Origin: Vitrella brassicaformis CCMP3155
Taxonomy: Eukaryota; Protista; Chromerida
Assembly: GCA_001179505.1 (NCBI GenBank)
Contig: CDMY01000789.1
Span: forward strand, 1-20,097
Direction of reading: 5' to 3'
DNA length: 20,097 nt
Shown here: positions 1 to 11,877 of the stretch, piece by piece
Layout of the letters: each line of letters starts with the position of its first letter
Numbering within the stretch: the stretch's first letter is position 1
Notes under the pieces: model-generated
Seen by the model: the letters and a program-made list of their open reading frames with translations, nothing else
Told to the model about the DNA's origin: nothing
The model's database searches: none
Position numbers and translations under genes: made by a program

Positions 1-817
1 AGGCGGCTCACATGTGTGTGCCTGTCTGTCTGTGTGATCAGCGTTGAACACCGACCATCGCGGTCTCATGGATGTCGTTGTGCACCGGTGGGTCGGTGGA
101 CGGCAACTTGACGCACGCCGCGCACACAGATCACCAGTCCACACACAGTGATCACCTGGATGGATGGATGTGTGTGTGTGTGTTTGTGGATGCAGTTTTC
201 AGCAGAAGGCCAAGGCCGAGACGGTGGTGAGTGGTGAGTGTGCTGCACTTGCCGGCCAATCCCGTGGCCTTCCTCCGCTGCCACGCACTCATCAACCAGG
301 TACACACAAGACACACACACACACGTGTCTGTGTCTGTGTGTGTCCCCCACAGGCGCCCGCCCAGCCCCTCTGGGGCCGTGACACCTACACCGTGACACC
401 TACACCGGTGCCGTCAGCAAGCGCACCATCGCGCTGTCCGGCCACCGCGCGGGCGACACGTTCATGGCCTTCGTCGAGATCGAGTGGAACGTGCACATGA
501 CGGCCACCGTCTACACGACCGAGAAGCGCCGGGCTGGCCAGCAGGACGACCCGGAGAGCGCGTTCCCCATGACGGTGCAGCTCGTGCGCAACGCACTGGG
601 GCAGCAGGACGCACACACGCTGCTGGGGCTGTGAGGTGGATGGATGGATGTGGGGGACGGTGTACCATTGCTGGTGATGGTGTCGATAGACTGGGGCGGG
701 AACGGGACGGATTCCTTGGATGTCCTTCTCTGTGTGTGTGTGTGTGGATGGATGGATGGGTGATGGGATGGACCAATGTGATGGACTGACGCTTTCCCTG
801 GTCAAGAGACGATTTCC
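1..817 (+). repeat. Left arm of a long inverted duplication (partner ~15575-16398)
   Basis: Position 1 (aggcggctcacatgtgtgtg) is the reverse complement of 16379-16398. Exons, introns and ~180 nt of 3' flank stay alignable to about 817 (gatggactgacgc...aag.gac.atttc). Homology may extend left of the window. Confidence 0.93.
42..634 (+). pseudogene. 3' fragment (last three exons) of an unknown gene, damaged paralog of the minus-strand gene at 15750-16735; 5' part lies upstream of the window
   Basis: Exons 42-87, 196-299 and 354-634 have GT-AG junctions and align with the copy at 16357-16312, 16201-16105 and 16034-15750 (peptide ...LNTDHRGLMDVVVHRFQQKAKAE...GDTFMAFVEIEWNVHMTATVYTTEKRR...HTLLGL*). 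A 7-nt tandem duplication (gtgagtg, 227-233/234-240) shifts the frame. A 14-nt tandem duplication (gtgacacctacacc, 379-392/393-406) replaces 18 nt of the other copy. In the shifted frame there is a TGA at 380-382. Confidence 0.8.
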
Positions 818-1072
818 CTTGCTCATGTCACATCGAGAGTTGGTCTGTGTCGGTTCACTCTATCGCCTCACCCTCAATCGTACGCAACCTGGCCACAGCT
901 CCAGAGGCGACATGAGACACACATGGCAGCTTCCACGCATCGATGGTCGGTCGGCCCATCAGCAGTAAGTAGCATCAGTCGCATCACATGTTATCTCATC
1001 TCGCTCCTGTGTCCCCCCAGACACACACCGCCTGACTGTCTAGCCGTGTGTGTCATCATCCATCCATCCAGC

Positions 1073-2419
1073 TCAGCTACGCCAGAAGAGCGACGCAAGA
1101 TTGGTCGCCCCGCTGCTAATCGGCTTGGCACTACTGCTGGGGGGCGGCTCTGAGGGAGGCGACGGCACACCACCACCACCACCAGCCGGCCGCTGAAGAG
1201 CCAATGGCGGCCCACCCTGCTGCCTGTGATAGTGCTCCAGGACGGGCATGGCGGCCCGCACCACATCCAGCAGCTCACTGTACTCGCTCAGCAGCTGGGG
1301 AACCTCACCCAACGTCAGGCTCTTGGCCTCACGCGCACGATCAAAACGCCTCGGTAATGAATCCATCCGGCGCTGGTTGACGCACACACACATACACACA
1401 CACAGGGAGAGAGAGAGAGGCGGGCGAGATGGATGGATGGCTGGGCGCATATGAGTGGTGTGTGTGGTCTTTTGCTCACGATGATGTCAGCAACGGCCTC
1501 TGGCGATGGGGGTGCGGGGGGAGGGGCCGCCTCGGGTGAGGGCGGGGCCGGCTGTGGCTCGCCAACAGGCTGCTCGGCCGCAGATGGCTGCTCCTCCTCA
1601 CTCACAGGAGGAGACTCGATGGGGGCGTAATACAACCTGCAGTGGGCGGAAAGACACATGGATGGATGGAGGGATGGAGGGATGGGCGACAGGCAGCACA
1701 CCTGTTGAAGTCATCATCGGAGATGGTGAGCTGCGAGGTGGTCCCGATGTTCTTGACAAACGACAACTGACACACACACACACACACACACACCCATGCG
1801 TCCCGTCCACCCGTCCTTTCCATCAATGCGGCTGGTGTGGTCTGTCTGCCTGAGTGACTGACCGCTGAGGAGAGGTGAGTGAAGAAGTAGAGGTCCTGCG
1901 AGGCGAGTCTGGTAGGGTGTCTGAAGGCCCCCACGTACTCGACATTGGAGTGAAGGTTGGGGGGGTTGGCCTTGACCAACACGTATATCAACACCGGCAA
2001 AAAGTCGTCGGCACCGGGAGGCGTCGTCCGCCCAGAGCTGCACACATATTATCAAGAAGGGATCGATTGATGCGATGCGTTGGTGTGCGTGGGTAGATTG
2101 ATCAGGAGAGCAGTACATACCTGTGTGTGTTGGCGTCTTGGATGACATTGGTGATGACCATGCAGGTGTTCAGTATGCACACCAACTTGTCACGGGGCGA
2201 CTGCACACACACACAGATGGCTGTGTGTCGAACGAAAGGCATGTGTGTATGCGTCTGGGCATCCACCCACCCACCCCTCCACTCAGCCACCCCACATTAC
2301 CTTGTACTGTTCCACTTTCCTGAGCTCGTTGATGGCGAGCTCGAGGCCCTCCTCGGGCAGCGCGGGCACATCGAGATGCTCAAACGACAGCCACTGAAGA
2401 CGACTGTCACACACGCACG

Positions 2420-2450
<31 letters not shown>

Positions 2451-3961
2451 TCAGTCGACTTTGTGGTCTGTCTGCGTGCCGCCCTCCATCCATCCATCCA
2501 TCCATCCATCCATTCGTTGGTTACCTGAGGTGGTCATGCAGCCTCTTGTCTTCGGCCTCGTCGCTAGCCTCACAGCGAAACAACCTGCACACACGCACAC
2601 ACACCACACCACACCACACAGAGACCCGTAAGCAATTTGTCTGTCGATATGTGGATGGGCCCATTGTGTGGTCACCTGTATATGCAATTAAATTACCTGT
2701 GGTGCAGTTTGATGAGGACGAACTTCTCGAGCCCCTCTCGCGCGTTCTGCTGCACCTCAGCCGGACTCGACGCAAACACCTCAGTCTGCACACATGGATG
2801 GACACACAGACAGAGAGACAGTGATGCCGCTCGCTCCCCCGGTGGTCTCTCATGTGGCTGGCCGAACCATGCACTGCACCCATGTACCTGCAGAAGTTTC
2901 TCCTGTGTCTCGGCCAGGAAGTGGTGGAGCATCTCGGACGCCTGACGACGGCCCAAACGCTCCGGAAAACCACTCACAAACCTGACAGACAAAGGCAACA
3001 CACACACACACATATATACACACAGCACACACAGGTGACAGGAGTGCATTATGGCCTTGCATCCCTCGTTGGCTCCCTCCCTTACTCTCTGACAGCCGCC
3101 ACGACGCCCTGCGCCGATGGGTGCTTGAACAGCTCTATGAACCCAGAGTAACCCGTCTTGACTCCCACAACACCTCCCGGCCCCTGCTGCTGCTGCTGCT
3201 GAGGGCCCCCAGCTCCACCAGAGCTATCGGGCGCCTTGTCAGCCGCCTGTGGCGCCTCGGACGCCGGCCCATCAGCAACAACGCCCTTATCCACATCCGA
3301 TGAGTGGCCTGCCACAGCCGCGCTCTCGCTCTCTCCCTCTCCGTCAGGCTGCTCTTCCTCGTCGTGCGCGCCGGCCGGTGGGGGGAAAGGAAGGGGCGGT
3401 CCCCGACGCGGCACCTGCGATGCCGCGGCAACGGTGATCTCAGTGTCCGAGTCATCCTCGGCCTCATGCCCATGTGTGTCGCCATTCACGAGGCCGTTGA
3501 CGACACCGTCACTCGCCCCATCCGCTGTGTGTGTGGTGGTGGCCTCACCCACACCACCGCCACCAGCACCAGCACCAGCAATAGCAGCAGATGCGGCCCT
3601 GAACGCGTCCTGCAGCTCGTTGTTGTAGCCTCTCTTGGGCGGCGAGAGGTGCGTCTGTGTGCTGTCGGCGTAGTCGATGAGGTCCTTGGATGGGTACCCA
3701 TTGAGGAAGGTGCTGCCGGGTGCGGCTGTGGGTGGAGGGGGAGGGGCCTCCAAGAGATCCAGACCACTCAGTGGCTGGTGGTCGGACCCGCGGTTGGACG
3801 CTGCACAGACGCACAGAGGCACACAGACACACAGGCACACGGACAGACAGCGCACAAGCACACGGAATGAGTGTTCCATCTTGTGTGTGCGTCCGGTGCA
3901 TGTTAGCATGGGATGGCTCACAGGGGGTGGGGATGTTGTCGGTCAGAGGAGAAGCCATCAT
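1073..3961 (-). CDS. VPS9: VPS9-domain Rab5-family guanine nucleotide exchange factor (VPS9a/Rabex-5-like), ~625 aa, 11 exons
   Basis: Exons (minus): 3961-3922, 3800-3086, 2981-2888, 2785-2697, 2584-2525, 2403-2301, 2200-2121, 2037-1863, 1766-1702, 1636-1480, 1372-1073. All junctions are GT-AG with consistent phases; total 1878 nt. VPS9 motifs: ELRKVEQYKSPRDKLVCILN, PGADDFLPVLIYVLVKANPPNLHSNVEYV..FRHP, YFFTHLSSALSFV, and C-terminal LTLGEVPQLLSEY. The N-terminus is a long acidic/Pro-rich disordered stretch. Confidence 0.93.
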
Positions 3962-4477
3962 CTCATCTCGCCACAACTACCGTCGATGACGACACCTCAA
4001 CAAGGAAGGCATCCAGTGGACTGGACACACCGCACTCTACCTACCACGCACTCTGCAACCAGCTGTCGGTCATGCAGCCGCCACCAACCGGAGACAAATG
4101 GCAAAACTCGCGACGGAAATCCGCTGATCTGCGGAACAAGACGCTGCTCACGTTCCCTCCCTTTTTTTTTGCGGCTAAGCTCGCACCTCACGGCTAAGCT
4201 CGCAAGTGACAGAAGAAAGGCAGCAGCAGCGGTTTCAGGGAGCACAGAAGAAAGGAGAGCAAAGAGCAGAAGCAGATGCCACGCACGCCATGCCGAGCAA
4301 AGCCGCTCTTGAATCCCTTGACGGATTGATCTTTTCTCAAGAATAGTCTTTCTGAGGTGAGACGAACGTGGAGCAGAGGCAGCGAGCAAGCAGCAGCAGA
4401 GGCAGAAGAATACACGAACGTCAGTGACGGTATGCTGCATGATATGTCGTTGCCTGATCTCTGTCTGCAGGCAAGGC
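3962..4477. promoter_or_regulatory. Divergent (bidirectional) promoter/5'UTR region between VPS9 and DHX16, with a 14-nt direct repeat and a possible 5'UTR intron
   Basis: 516 nt separate the two head-to-head start codons. cggctaagctcgca occurs twice (4172-4185, 4191-4204) just after a T9 run. A possible short 5'UTR intron gtatgc...ctgtctgcag lies at 4430-4470, just before the DHX16 ATG. Confidence 0.55.
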
Positions 4478-7400
4478 ATGTCTTTGGAGGCCTACATCGG
4501 CAGCCGTCTTCACGACCTGCTGGGCTTCTCGTCTCAGAGCGTCGTTCAGCTCTTCGCCGACTGCAGCAGGAATGCATCCTCACTCCAGCACCTCAAGCAA
4601 GACCTCATCTCCGCCGGCGTCGACCGACCCGTCGTCGACGCCATCGCATCCGACTTCTATACCAGGCTGCACGAACCACCACCACCGCCCAAGCGACCCG
4701 CATCAGCAGCGGCAGCAGCGAGTGACCAGGATGACCTCGAGAGTGCCGCCAAGAGGCCGCGCGTCGGCGACAAGGCCAATGGGGATGCGTCACCGTCCCA
4801 GCCCCCTCCCGACGACCCGCCTCTCGACGCCGAGGCCGCCCGTCTACGCGATATCGAGGAGCGCGATGCCCTGGCCAGGCGGATCCGCGACAGGGACGAC
4901 GAGAAGACCAAGAAGCTGGGTCAGCAGGTGCATGAGATGTCGACCGAGCTGCGTGACGCCTCCCTGAGGGAAGACCCTGACGCCATGGATCGGCTGCGTG
5001 AGGTGGCGCGGCGTCAGTACCTCAAGAAGCGGGAGGACCGGCAGATCGAGCTGGCCGAGCGGGAGCTGGCGGACCGCGAATGGATGTACCAGGGAGTCAA
5101 GATCACCGACAAGGAGAAGCGCGACCTGGAGCTGCAGCGCCAGACGCTCGAGGCGGCCAAGCGGCTGCGCGACGAGCGGGCCAACCGCGGCCAGACGGAC
5201 GACTACGTCATTCCCGAGGCGTACGACGAGGACCAGGACAAGCGCATGGGTGTCCTGTCGACGCGCTACCAGGAGGAGAAGAGGCCCGAGACGGAGCAGG
5301 AGATATGGGAGAGGCAGCAGACATCGGCTGCCGTCGCTCACTTCGGCGCCAAGAGGGGCAAGGACAGCAGGCAGAAGAAGTACGACCTCGTCGTCGACTC
5401 GATCGACTTCGTCAGCTTCGATGGCGACATTGCCTCGGAGCTCAAGCGTGAGGAGGAGCAGGACGAGGAGGAGGCCGCCCTGTCGATCAAGGAGAGGAAA
5501 GCCAGGTCTCTGCAGGAGGACCGCCAGTCCCTCCCCGTCTACCGATACCGCGACGAGCTGCTCCGTGCGATCCGGGACAACACTGTGCTGGTGGTGGTGG
5601 GCGAGACGGGGTCCGGCAAGACCACCCAGATCCCCCAGTATCTCTACGAGGTCGGCTACGGCAAGAGCGGCATGATTGGCTGCACGCAGCCGCGGCGCGT
5701 GGCGGCCATGTCGGTGGCGGCCCGCGTGGCGCAGGAGATGGGCGTCAAGCTGGGCCACGAGGTGGGGTACTCGATTCGCTTTGAGGACTGCACGACCGAC
5801 AAGACCATCATCAAGTACATGACGGACGGCATGCTGCTGCGAGAGCTGCTGGGCGAGCCCGACCTCAAGAGCTACAGCGTCATGCTCGTCGACGAGGCCC
5901 ACGAGCGCACCCTCCACACCGACGTGCTCTTCGGCATCGTCAAGGACCTGGCGAGGTACCGAGACGACTTCAAGCTCATCATCTCGTCGGCGACGCTCGA
6001 CGCCGAAAAGTTCAGCGAGTACTTTGACGAGGCGCCCATCTACCGGATCCCCGGCCGGCGGTACCACGTGCAGGCCTACTACACCAAAGCGCCCGAGGCC
6101 AACTACGTGGAGGCCTGCGTGGTGACAGTGCTGCAGATCCACACCACCCAGCCGCTGGGCGACATCCTGGTGTTCTTCCCCGGTCAGCAGGAGATCGAGG
6201 AGGCCATGGAGGCCCTGCAGGTCCGCACACGCGGGGCGGGGTCGGCCATCGGCGAGCTCATCATCCTCCCCATCTACGCCAACCTGCCGTCCGACCTGCA
6301 GGCCAAGATCTTTGAGCCCACCCCCCCTGGCGCCCGCAAGGTGGTGCTGGCCACCAACATAGCCGAGACGAGCATCACCATCGACAACATCGTCTATGTC
6401 ATCGACCCCGGCTACTGCAAGCAGAACACCTACAACCCCAAGACCGGCATGGAGTCGCTCGTGGTGGTGCCCATCTCAAAGGCCTCGGCCAACCAGCGGA
6501 TGGGCCGGGCGGGGCGCGTCAAGCCCGGCAAGGCCTTCCGCCTGTACACCAAGTGGTCCTACGAGAAGGAGCTCGACGACAACAACGTCCCCGAGATCCA
6601 GCGGACCAACCTCGGCAATGTGGTCCTCATGCTCAAGAGCCTCGGCATCGACGACCTTTTGCACTTCGACTTCATGGACCCCCCGCCGCCCGAGACGCTG
6701 ATCAAGGCGCTGGAGCTGCTGTACGCCCTGGGGGCGCTCAACGACAAGGGGGAGCTGACCAAGCTCGGCCGGCGGATGGCGGAGTTCCCTCTGGACCCCA
6801 TGTACTCGAAGATGGTCATCCAGTCTGAGAAGTACAAGGTGGTGGACGAGGTGGTGACGATATGCGCCATGCTGGGCGTGGGGGCCGCCATCTTCTACCG
6901 ACCCAAAGACAAAGCCATACACGCCGACAACGCCAGAAAGAACTTCTTCAGACAAGGTCAGTCAGCCAGGGTCATCCAGGCAGCCAGGCAGTGACGGTCT
7001 AAGCGCTCACACCACACCACACCCCTCTCCCTTTCATCATTCACCTCTGTCTGTGTCATGTCATGTGTGTGTAGGTGGCGACCATCCGACGTTGCTCAAC
7101 GTGTACAAGCAGTGGGAGGACACAAACTTCAGCATCCAGTGGTGCTTCGAGAACTTCGTGCAGCACCGCTCCATGAAGCGCGCCCGCGACATCCGCGAGC
7201 AGCTCCTCGAGCTTCTCGAGCGCGTCGAGATCGAGCCGCTGTCTTCGCCCAACGAGCTCGACGGCATGCGCAAGGCCATCACCTCGGGCTTCTTCACTCA
7301 GGCGGCCCGCCTCAACAAGTCGGGCAGCTACGCCACGCTCAAGCACCCCCACACAGTCGAGATGCACCCACAGAGCAGTCTGTTTGGCTGCCAGCCGGCC

Positions 7401-7592
7401 CCCAAGTGCGTCGTCTACACAGAGCTGGTCCTCACCACCAAGGAGTACATGCGCAACGTCATCGAGATCAAACCCGAGTGGCTACGAGAGGTCGCACCCC
7501 ACTACTACAAGGCCAGCGAAGTCGACTTCGCCGCCAAGATGCCCAAGGTGCCCAAGGGGTCAGCAATGGGGGCTGCAAGCAGCGCCATCTAG
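4478..7592 (+). CDS. DHX16: DEAH-box pre-mRNA splicing RNA helicase Prp2/DHX16, ~998 aa, 2 exons
   Basis: Exons 4478-6956 and 7075-7592 (phase-1 GT-AG intron, Q-G|G-D-H; 2997 nt). Motifs: [15 protein letters not shown] (I), [15 protein letters not shown] (Ia), DEAH (II), SAT (III), QRMGRAGR (VI), and the HA2/OB-fold region. The N-terminal LHDLLGFS, the [12 protein letters not shown] segment and the C-terminal KMPK fit Prp2/DHX16 better than Prp16, Prp22 or Prp43. Confidence 0.92.
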
Positions 7593-10074
7593 ACGGCATG
7601 GAGGTGGGCAGGCAGAATGAATGAATGAATCGATGGCTAATGGATGGATGGCTTGTATGGGCTTGGCTTGTTTGCGGGTTGGTTGGGTCGGTAGGTCGGC
7701 GGAAGACAGACAAGTCTGATACGTGTGTGTCCCCGGTGGCTGGCGAGCATGCCCTCTGTTTGGTCGTCGTGTCTGCCGGCCGGCTGTTTATCTACTTCTC
7801 TCTGTGCACACACACACACACATGCCGATGGGTATGGTGGATGGGGTGAGTGTTTGGACAAGCGCGCCTGGACATTGATTCGCCTGTCACGTTATGTGTG
7901 GGGCGGGGCGCCTGCCTGCCTGTCGGTGTCGATTAATCAATCTGTATGTATTTGTGTTGATTGACTGAATGGCCGGAAGGAAAGGCATCATCTCATCTCA
8001 TCATGCCACTCCTTTGATTCCATTCATTGGTTCTACCGCCCGTCCGTCCGTCCGTCCGTCCGACCCACTCACTCACACGCAAGGCATCCACTTACACGCA
8101 CTCATACGTACATACCGTTCACACAGACACACGCATTGCATTCCACGCGCATCGCAATGGCATGAATGGGATGGGATGGGATGGGATGTGGCGACACTCA
8201 GTCAGTAGTGTGGGGACCCATGTGCTGCACTCCCAACGCCACACCACAGCACGCCGCAGCAGATGTATGACACCCCCACAGCCATCAGCTACGAAAACGA
8301 GAGAGAGAGAGAGAGAGAGAGAGAGGCAGGCGAGGCGCAACGACCAAGTGGGCGTTGGGCAGGGGGTGAGTGCACAGCCGTGGAGGGCTCAGACATGCCA
8401 GGGAGAGAGAAAGTGTGTGTGTGCGTGTGTGTGTGTGCGGTCAGGACGGAACTGACAGACACGACGACCAGGCAGGACAAGAGAAGAGAGGCCTCCCACC
8501 CACCCACCGGCCCGAATGAGTGTACGCGTGCATTGATCGCAATTTACCCACCCTCCTCACTCACGCAGGCGTCATGCAGACGTGTCTGCCACCCCAGCTG
8601 GTAGGTAGGGGAACTGGGCGATGCGTGTACGCCAGCGAGAGAGAATTGTGGTGCCAGCTAAGATAAGTAAGAGGGCCCAAAACTGGCTGGCTTGCCAGAG
8701 CAGAGGGAGAGGGAGAGGGAGGGTGAGAGTGGGCCAAAAGAGACAGAGAGAGAGCCAGCAAGGAAAGGGCTGCAGTGCACCAGCATACATACATACATTC
8801 ATGAGCCGATCGGAGTAGGTCATGCATGCCTTTGTTTCTTTCTTTCTGTCTATCCGCTGCTCTGGGGCGGGGCGGGGTGGGGTGGGTTGAGTCGGGGTAG
8901 CTGGCTTAGCTAACGTCCTCTGTCTGTGTGTGCGATGGATGCACGTGTGTGTGGGTGTGGGTGTGGGAGTGGGGTGAGTGTGGGTGGCATGACATGGCAT
9001 GGATGCATGGTGGCATAATATCCCTCCCCCCCAAACCCCCACAGCTCCCCTTTCTCCTACGTAATTCCCTCTCTCTCTCTCTGCGTGGCATCCATGTGCC
9101 CGCCAGCCACAGGGAGGCAGGCAGGCAGGCAGTCTCTACAAGACAGAGGTCATCAGCAATCTCTCTCTCCCCTCTCTTATCTCATGTGTGTGCGACTAGA
9201 GGCTGTAGTGTGTGAATCCAGGCCACAGGCCACATGCCACACGCAATGGCATGCAATCCAATAAGGGGTAGAGGAAGGGACTATACACACACACACACAC
9301 AAACAGGCAGGCAGGCAGGCAGGCAGACGGCCAGGCGGGCAGACGTTCGATTAATTTGCCATCCATCCATCCCTCTATGCCACAGCCAATGCTAAGCGGC
9401 ATCCATCCATCCATCCAGACATGTAATGTATGGGAATGGGAATGCGATGACCGGGGGGTGGGCTGGAGGCAGGCCGGTCCTCTTCTCTCTCTCTATATCT
9501 CTCCTTCTGCCCTCCCCTTCTCAATGAATTCGCAGCACACGGACGGCAGCCAAGCCAGGAGGCAGGCCATGTAATCGGGCCAGACAGACAGACAGACAGA
9601 CAGGTAAGGAAGAGGGCAGCCCACTCACTCACAAATGCAGTATGTATGTACGGATCTCATGCAGCAGAGAGAGGCACGCCCCCCACACACATCCATCCAT
9701 CCACCCACCCATGGCTGGCTAACTGGGCTGTGGTGGGGGCTGTGGGTGTGTAATGTGCCCGCCGAGCGAGCAGCGCATCCATCTCTGTCTGCCCCTGTCT
9801 GTCTGTCTGCTACTGGCCGGCACCTCTGTGTGCACAATAAGTCCGCACAGGCATCCACACACATACGCATTGCACTGCACTGGGGATGGGTACGTGTGTG
9901 TGTGTGTGTGTGTGTGGGCATCTCGTGGCATGGCTACCCCCGCCCGCCTTAATTGGTATGGTCAGATAGATGGGGATGGGTCTGCGGATGTGTGTGTGTG
10001 TGTGTGGGGGGGGATGTAGGGGTGTGTGTGGCCCGCCCGCCCGCCCGCCCATCGATCCATCGTCTGTCTGTCCG
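7593..10074. repeat. Microsatellite-dense convergent intergenic region: (CA/TG)n, (GA)n, (GATG/CATC)n, (GACA)n, (GGCA)n, (CCGT)n
   Basis: Examples: (GA)~13 at 8299-8325, (GGCA)n ~9305-9325, (CAGA)n ~9583-9602, (TG)n ~9895-9915. No exon chain with coding-like codon use was found on either strand. Confidence 0.75.
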
Positions 10075-11477
10075 TCATGAGTAGTCGGGATCGGGCACGT
10101 AGTACTGACCCAGGTACCTATCTCACACACACACATGGACAGAACGTCTCACGTGCTGCGTGAGGCATTGTCGAGTGCGTATGCGTGTGTCCCTATAGTT
10201 AGTACCTGGTGCGGTCGACGTGTCTGTTGTCGTCGATGCGCATGATGTGGTTCTGGAGGCCGAACAACTTGAACAGGGCGTCTTGCAACACCGGGAACGT
10301 GCAGTACGATCGCACCTTAGTTAACACACACATATCCACACACACACACACACATACAGCATCGGCCTCCCTCCTGCCCCTCTCCATCCATCCATCCATC
10401 CATCTGTCTGTGTGTGTGGCTCACGAGGTGTTCGTGCCATATTTTGATGGGGCAGGTCTCGTCCTGCAGCCAGCAGTGCGCCAGGTAGATCTGCAGCACG
10501 CACACGTGGGCACGCTCCTTCTGGTCCGTCACCGACAACTTCGAAAACCTTCACAAAGACAGACCACCCCACACAGACAGAGAGAAGGGCACACACACAG
10601 GCACAAACATGGACTTGTTGAAGAAATGGATGGATGGATGGATGGATCTCTGTATGTGTGTGTGTTTGAGAGCCTTACGTGTCCTCGAGCTGCACCGATG
10701 CCATGGCGAGGATCAGCACAATGTCCCACGCCTCGTACTTGCACCTGCACACCACACATCCCATCACACAAGACATCCATCCATCCATCGCCCCCCTTGC
10801 GTTGGTTGCCTGCTTATTGCCTACCTGTGCAGCATTTCCATGGTTTTGAGTATGATTTTGGGTCCCAGCCCCTCCCGCTCCAGCCCCGCCAACACGCAGA
10901 ACCGCTGGGCGATGCCCACGTCGGCAGACCGGTACGCATACTTGCCATTGCGACGCCGAAACTCGTCAACCAGCGCCTCGCTATTGGGCGTCGACACGCC
11001 CGTCGACACGCCCGATGACGGTGGACCATCCGACAAACTCCCAACCGAACCGCCGTGGCCGGTGGCACCACCTACTCCTCCCACTCCCACTCCCCCGCCC
11101 ACACCCCCACCCCCGCCAACACTGCCGCTGGGCGACACGTACTCGAACCCCGAGATCCCTCCGATATCGCTGCCGCTCCCGCCGCTGAATGAGGTCGCCG
11201 TGCTGGCGGCCGAACACACCACACTCTTGCTCTGGGCGGCGTGCTGCTTCAGCGGGGTCTCGTAGGTGGCAGAAGTGGCGCTGCTGCTGCTGGTGGTAGT
11301 GGTTGTGATGTGTGTGGGTCGGCAGGTGACGTGCGAATGGTCGTTGTCATGGGCAGATCCGCCCGTGCCGCTGCCGGCGAGTATCATGCTGGACTTGATG
11401 CGGCCCGGGTAGATGAGCTGCTGCTGGTACGATGGGCCGTACGCCGACGCCATGCCATGATCTGTTGATGCCGTCAT
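10075..11477 (-). CDS. Unknown protein, paralog A (~331 aa from ATG 11477, or ~351 aa from ATG 11537); Ser/Gly-rich N-terminus plus a conserved helical C-terminal domain, possibly cyclin-box-like
   Basis: Exons (minus): 11477-10825, 10744-10679, 10548-10425, 10315-10206, 10117-10075; phases are consistent. Domain: RSADVGIAQRFCVLAG..LKTMEMLHRCKY..DIVLILAMAS..LE..KLSVTDQKERAHVCVLQIYLAHCWLQDETCPIKIWHEHLVRSYC..LQDALFKLFGL. It aligns end to end with paralog B. The start codon is uncertain. Confidence 0.82.
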
Positions 11478-11877
11478 CGTGTCGAGGAAACGTGTGCTAG
11501 ATTCGAGCGCTGGATGCGTCAGCTGCCAATCCCGCATGGTGTGGTGGGAGGATGGGCGGGGCGGGGCGGTCAGGGGAGGCAGATGGGGAGGAGGGCCTGC
11601 CGAGCCGTGGTGGGCGGGCTGGTGGATGGAAAGGGATGGGCGGCGCGAGCGATGGATGGATGGGTGGGAGGAGATCTCTCCCCTCTTATGGATCGTATCA
11701 AGGATGGACGTGTTGGATGCCAGAAAAGGTGTCCATCCTCCAAAACGCCACGTAAACACAGAGTCGCTTTGAGCTCGCAAACTTCTTCCCCTTTCTTCGC
11801 CGAGCGGAGCCTGCGGTGCTGCATTCTCTCCCCTCTCGTCGCTTACTTCGCTCCCTTCGTGTCGCTCGCACGTGGCG

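Noticed and set aside
4424-4477. N-terminal extension [18 protein letters not shown] of the DHX16 ORF
   Set aside because: It starts at a non-ATG codon and overlaps a probable 5'UTR intron ending ctgtctgcag. Homology-like sequence begins at MSLEAY.
4844-6142. 432-aa antisense ORF (and 4998-5675, 6476-6955) overlapping DHX16
   Set aside because: These are shadow ORFs expected from strongly GC3-biased sense codons; there is no recognisable domain.
8405-8610. Possible spliced exons (TG run plus tcag at 8444; ctcacgcag|...|gtaggt at ~8569-8600)
   Set aside because: No consistent exon chain or coding-like peptide could be built. A non-coding transcript cannot be excluded without RNA data.
10821-11780. 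319-aa ORF start at 11780 as the true start of paralog A
   Set aside because: The first ~80 codons translate (CCAT)n and purine/pyrimidine-tract sequence (HPSIH...) typical of UTR or promoter DNA, and the track start is not an ATG.
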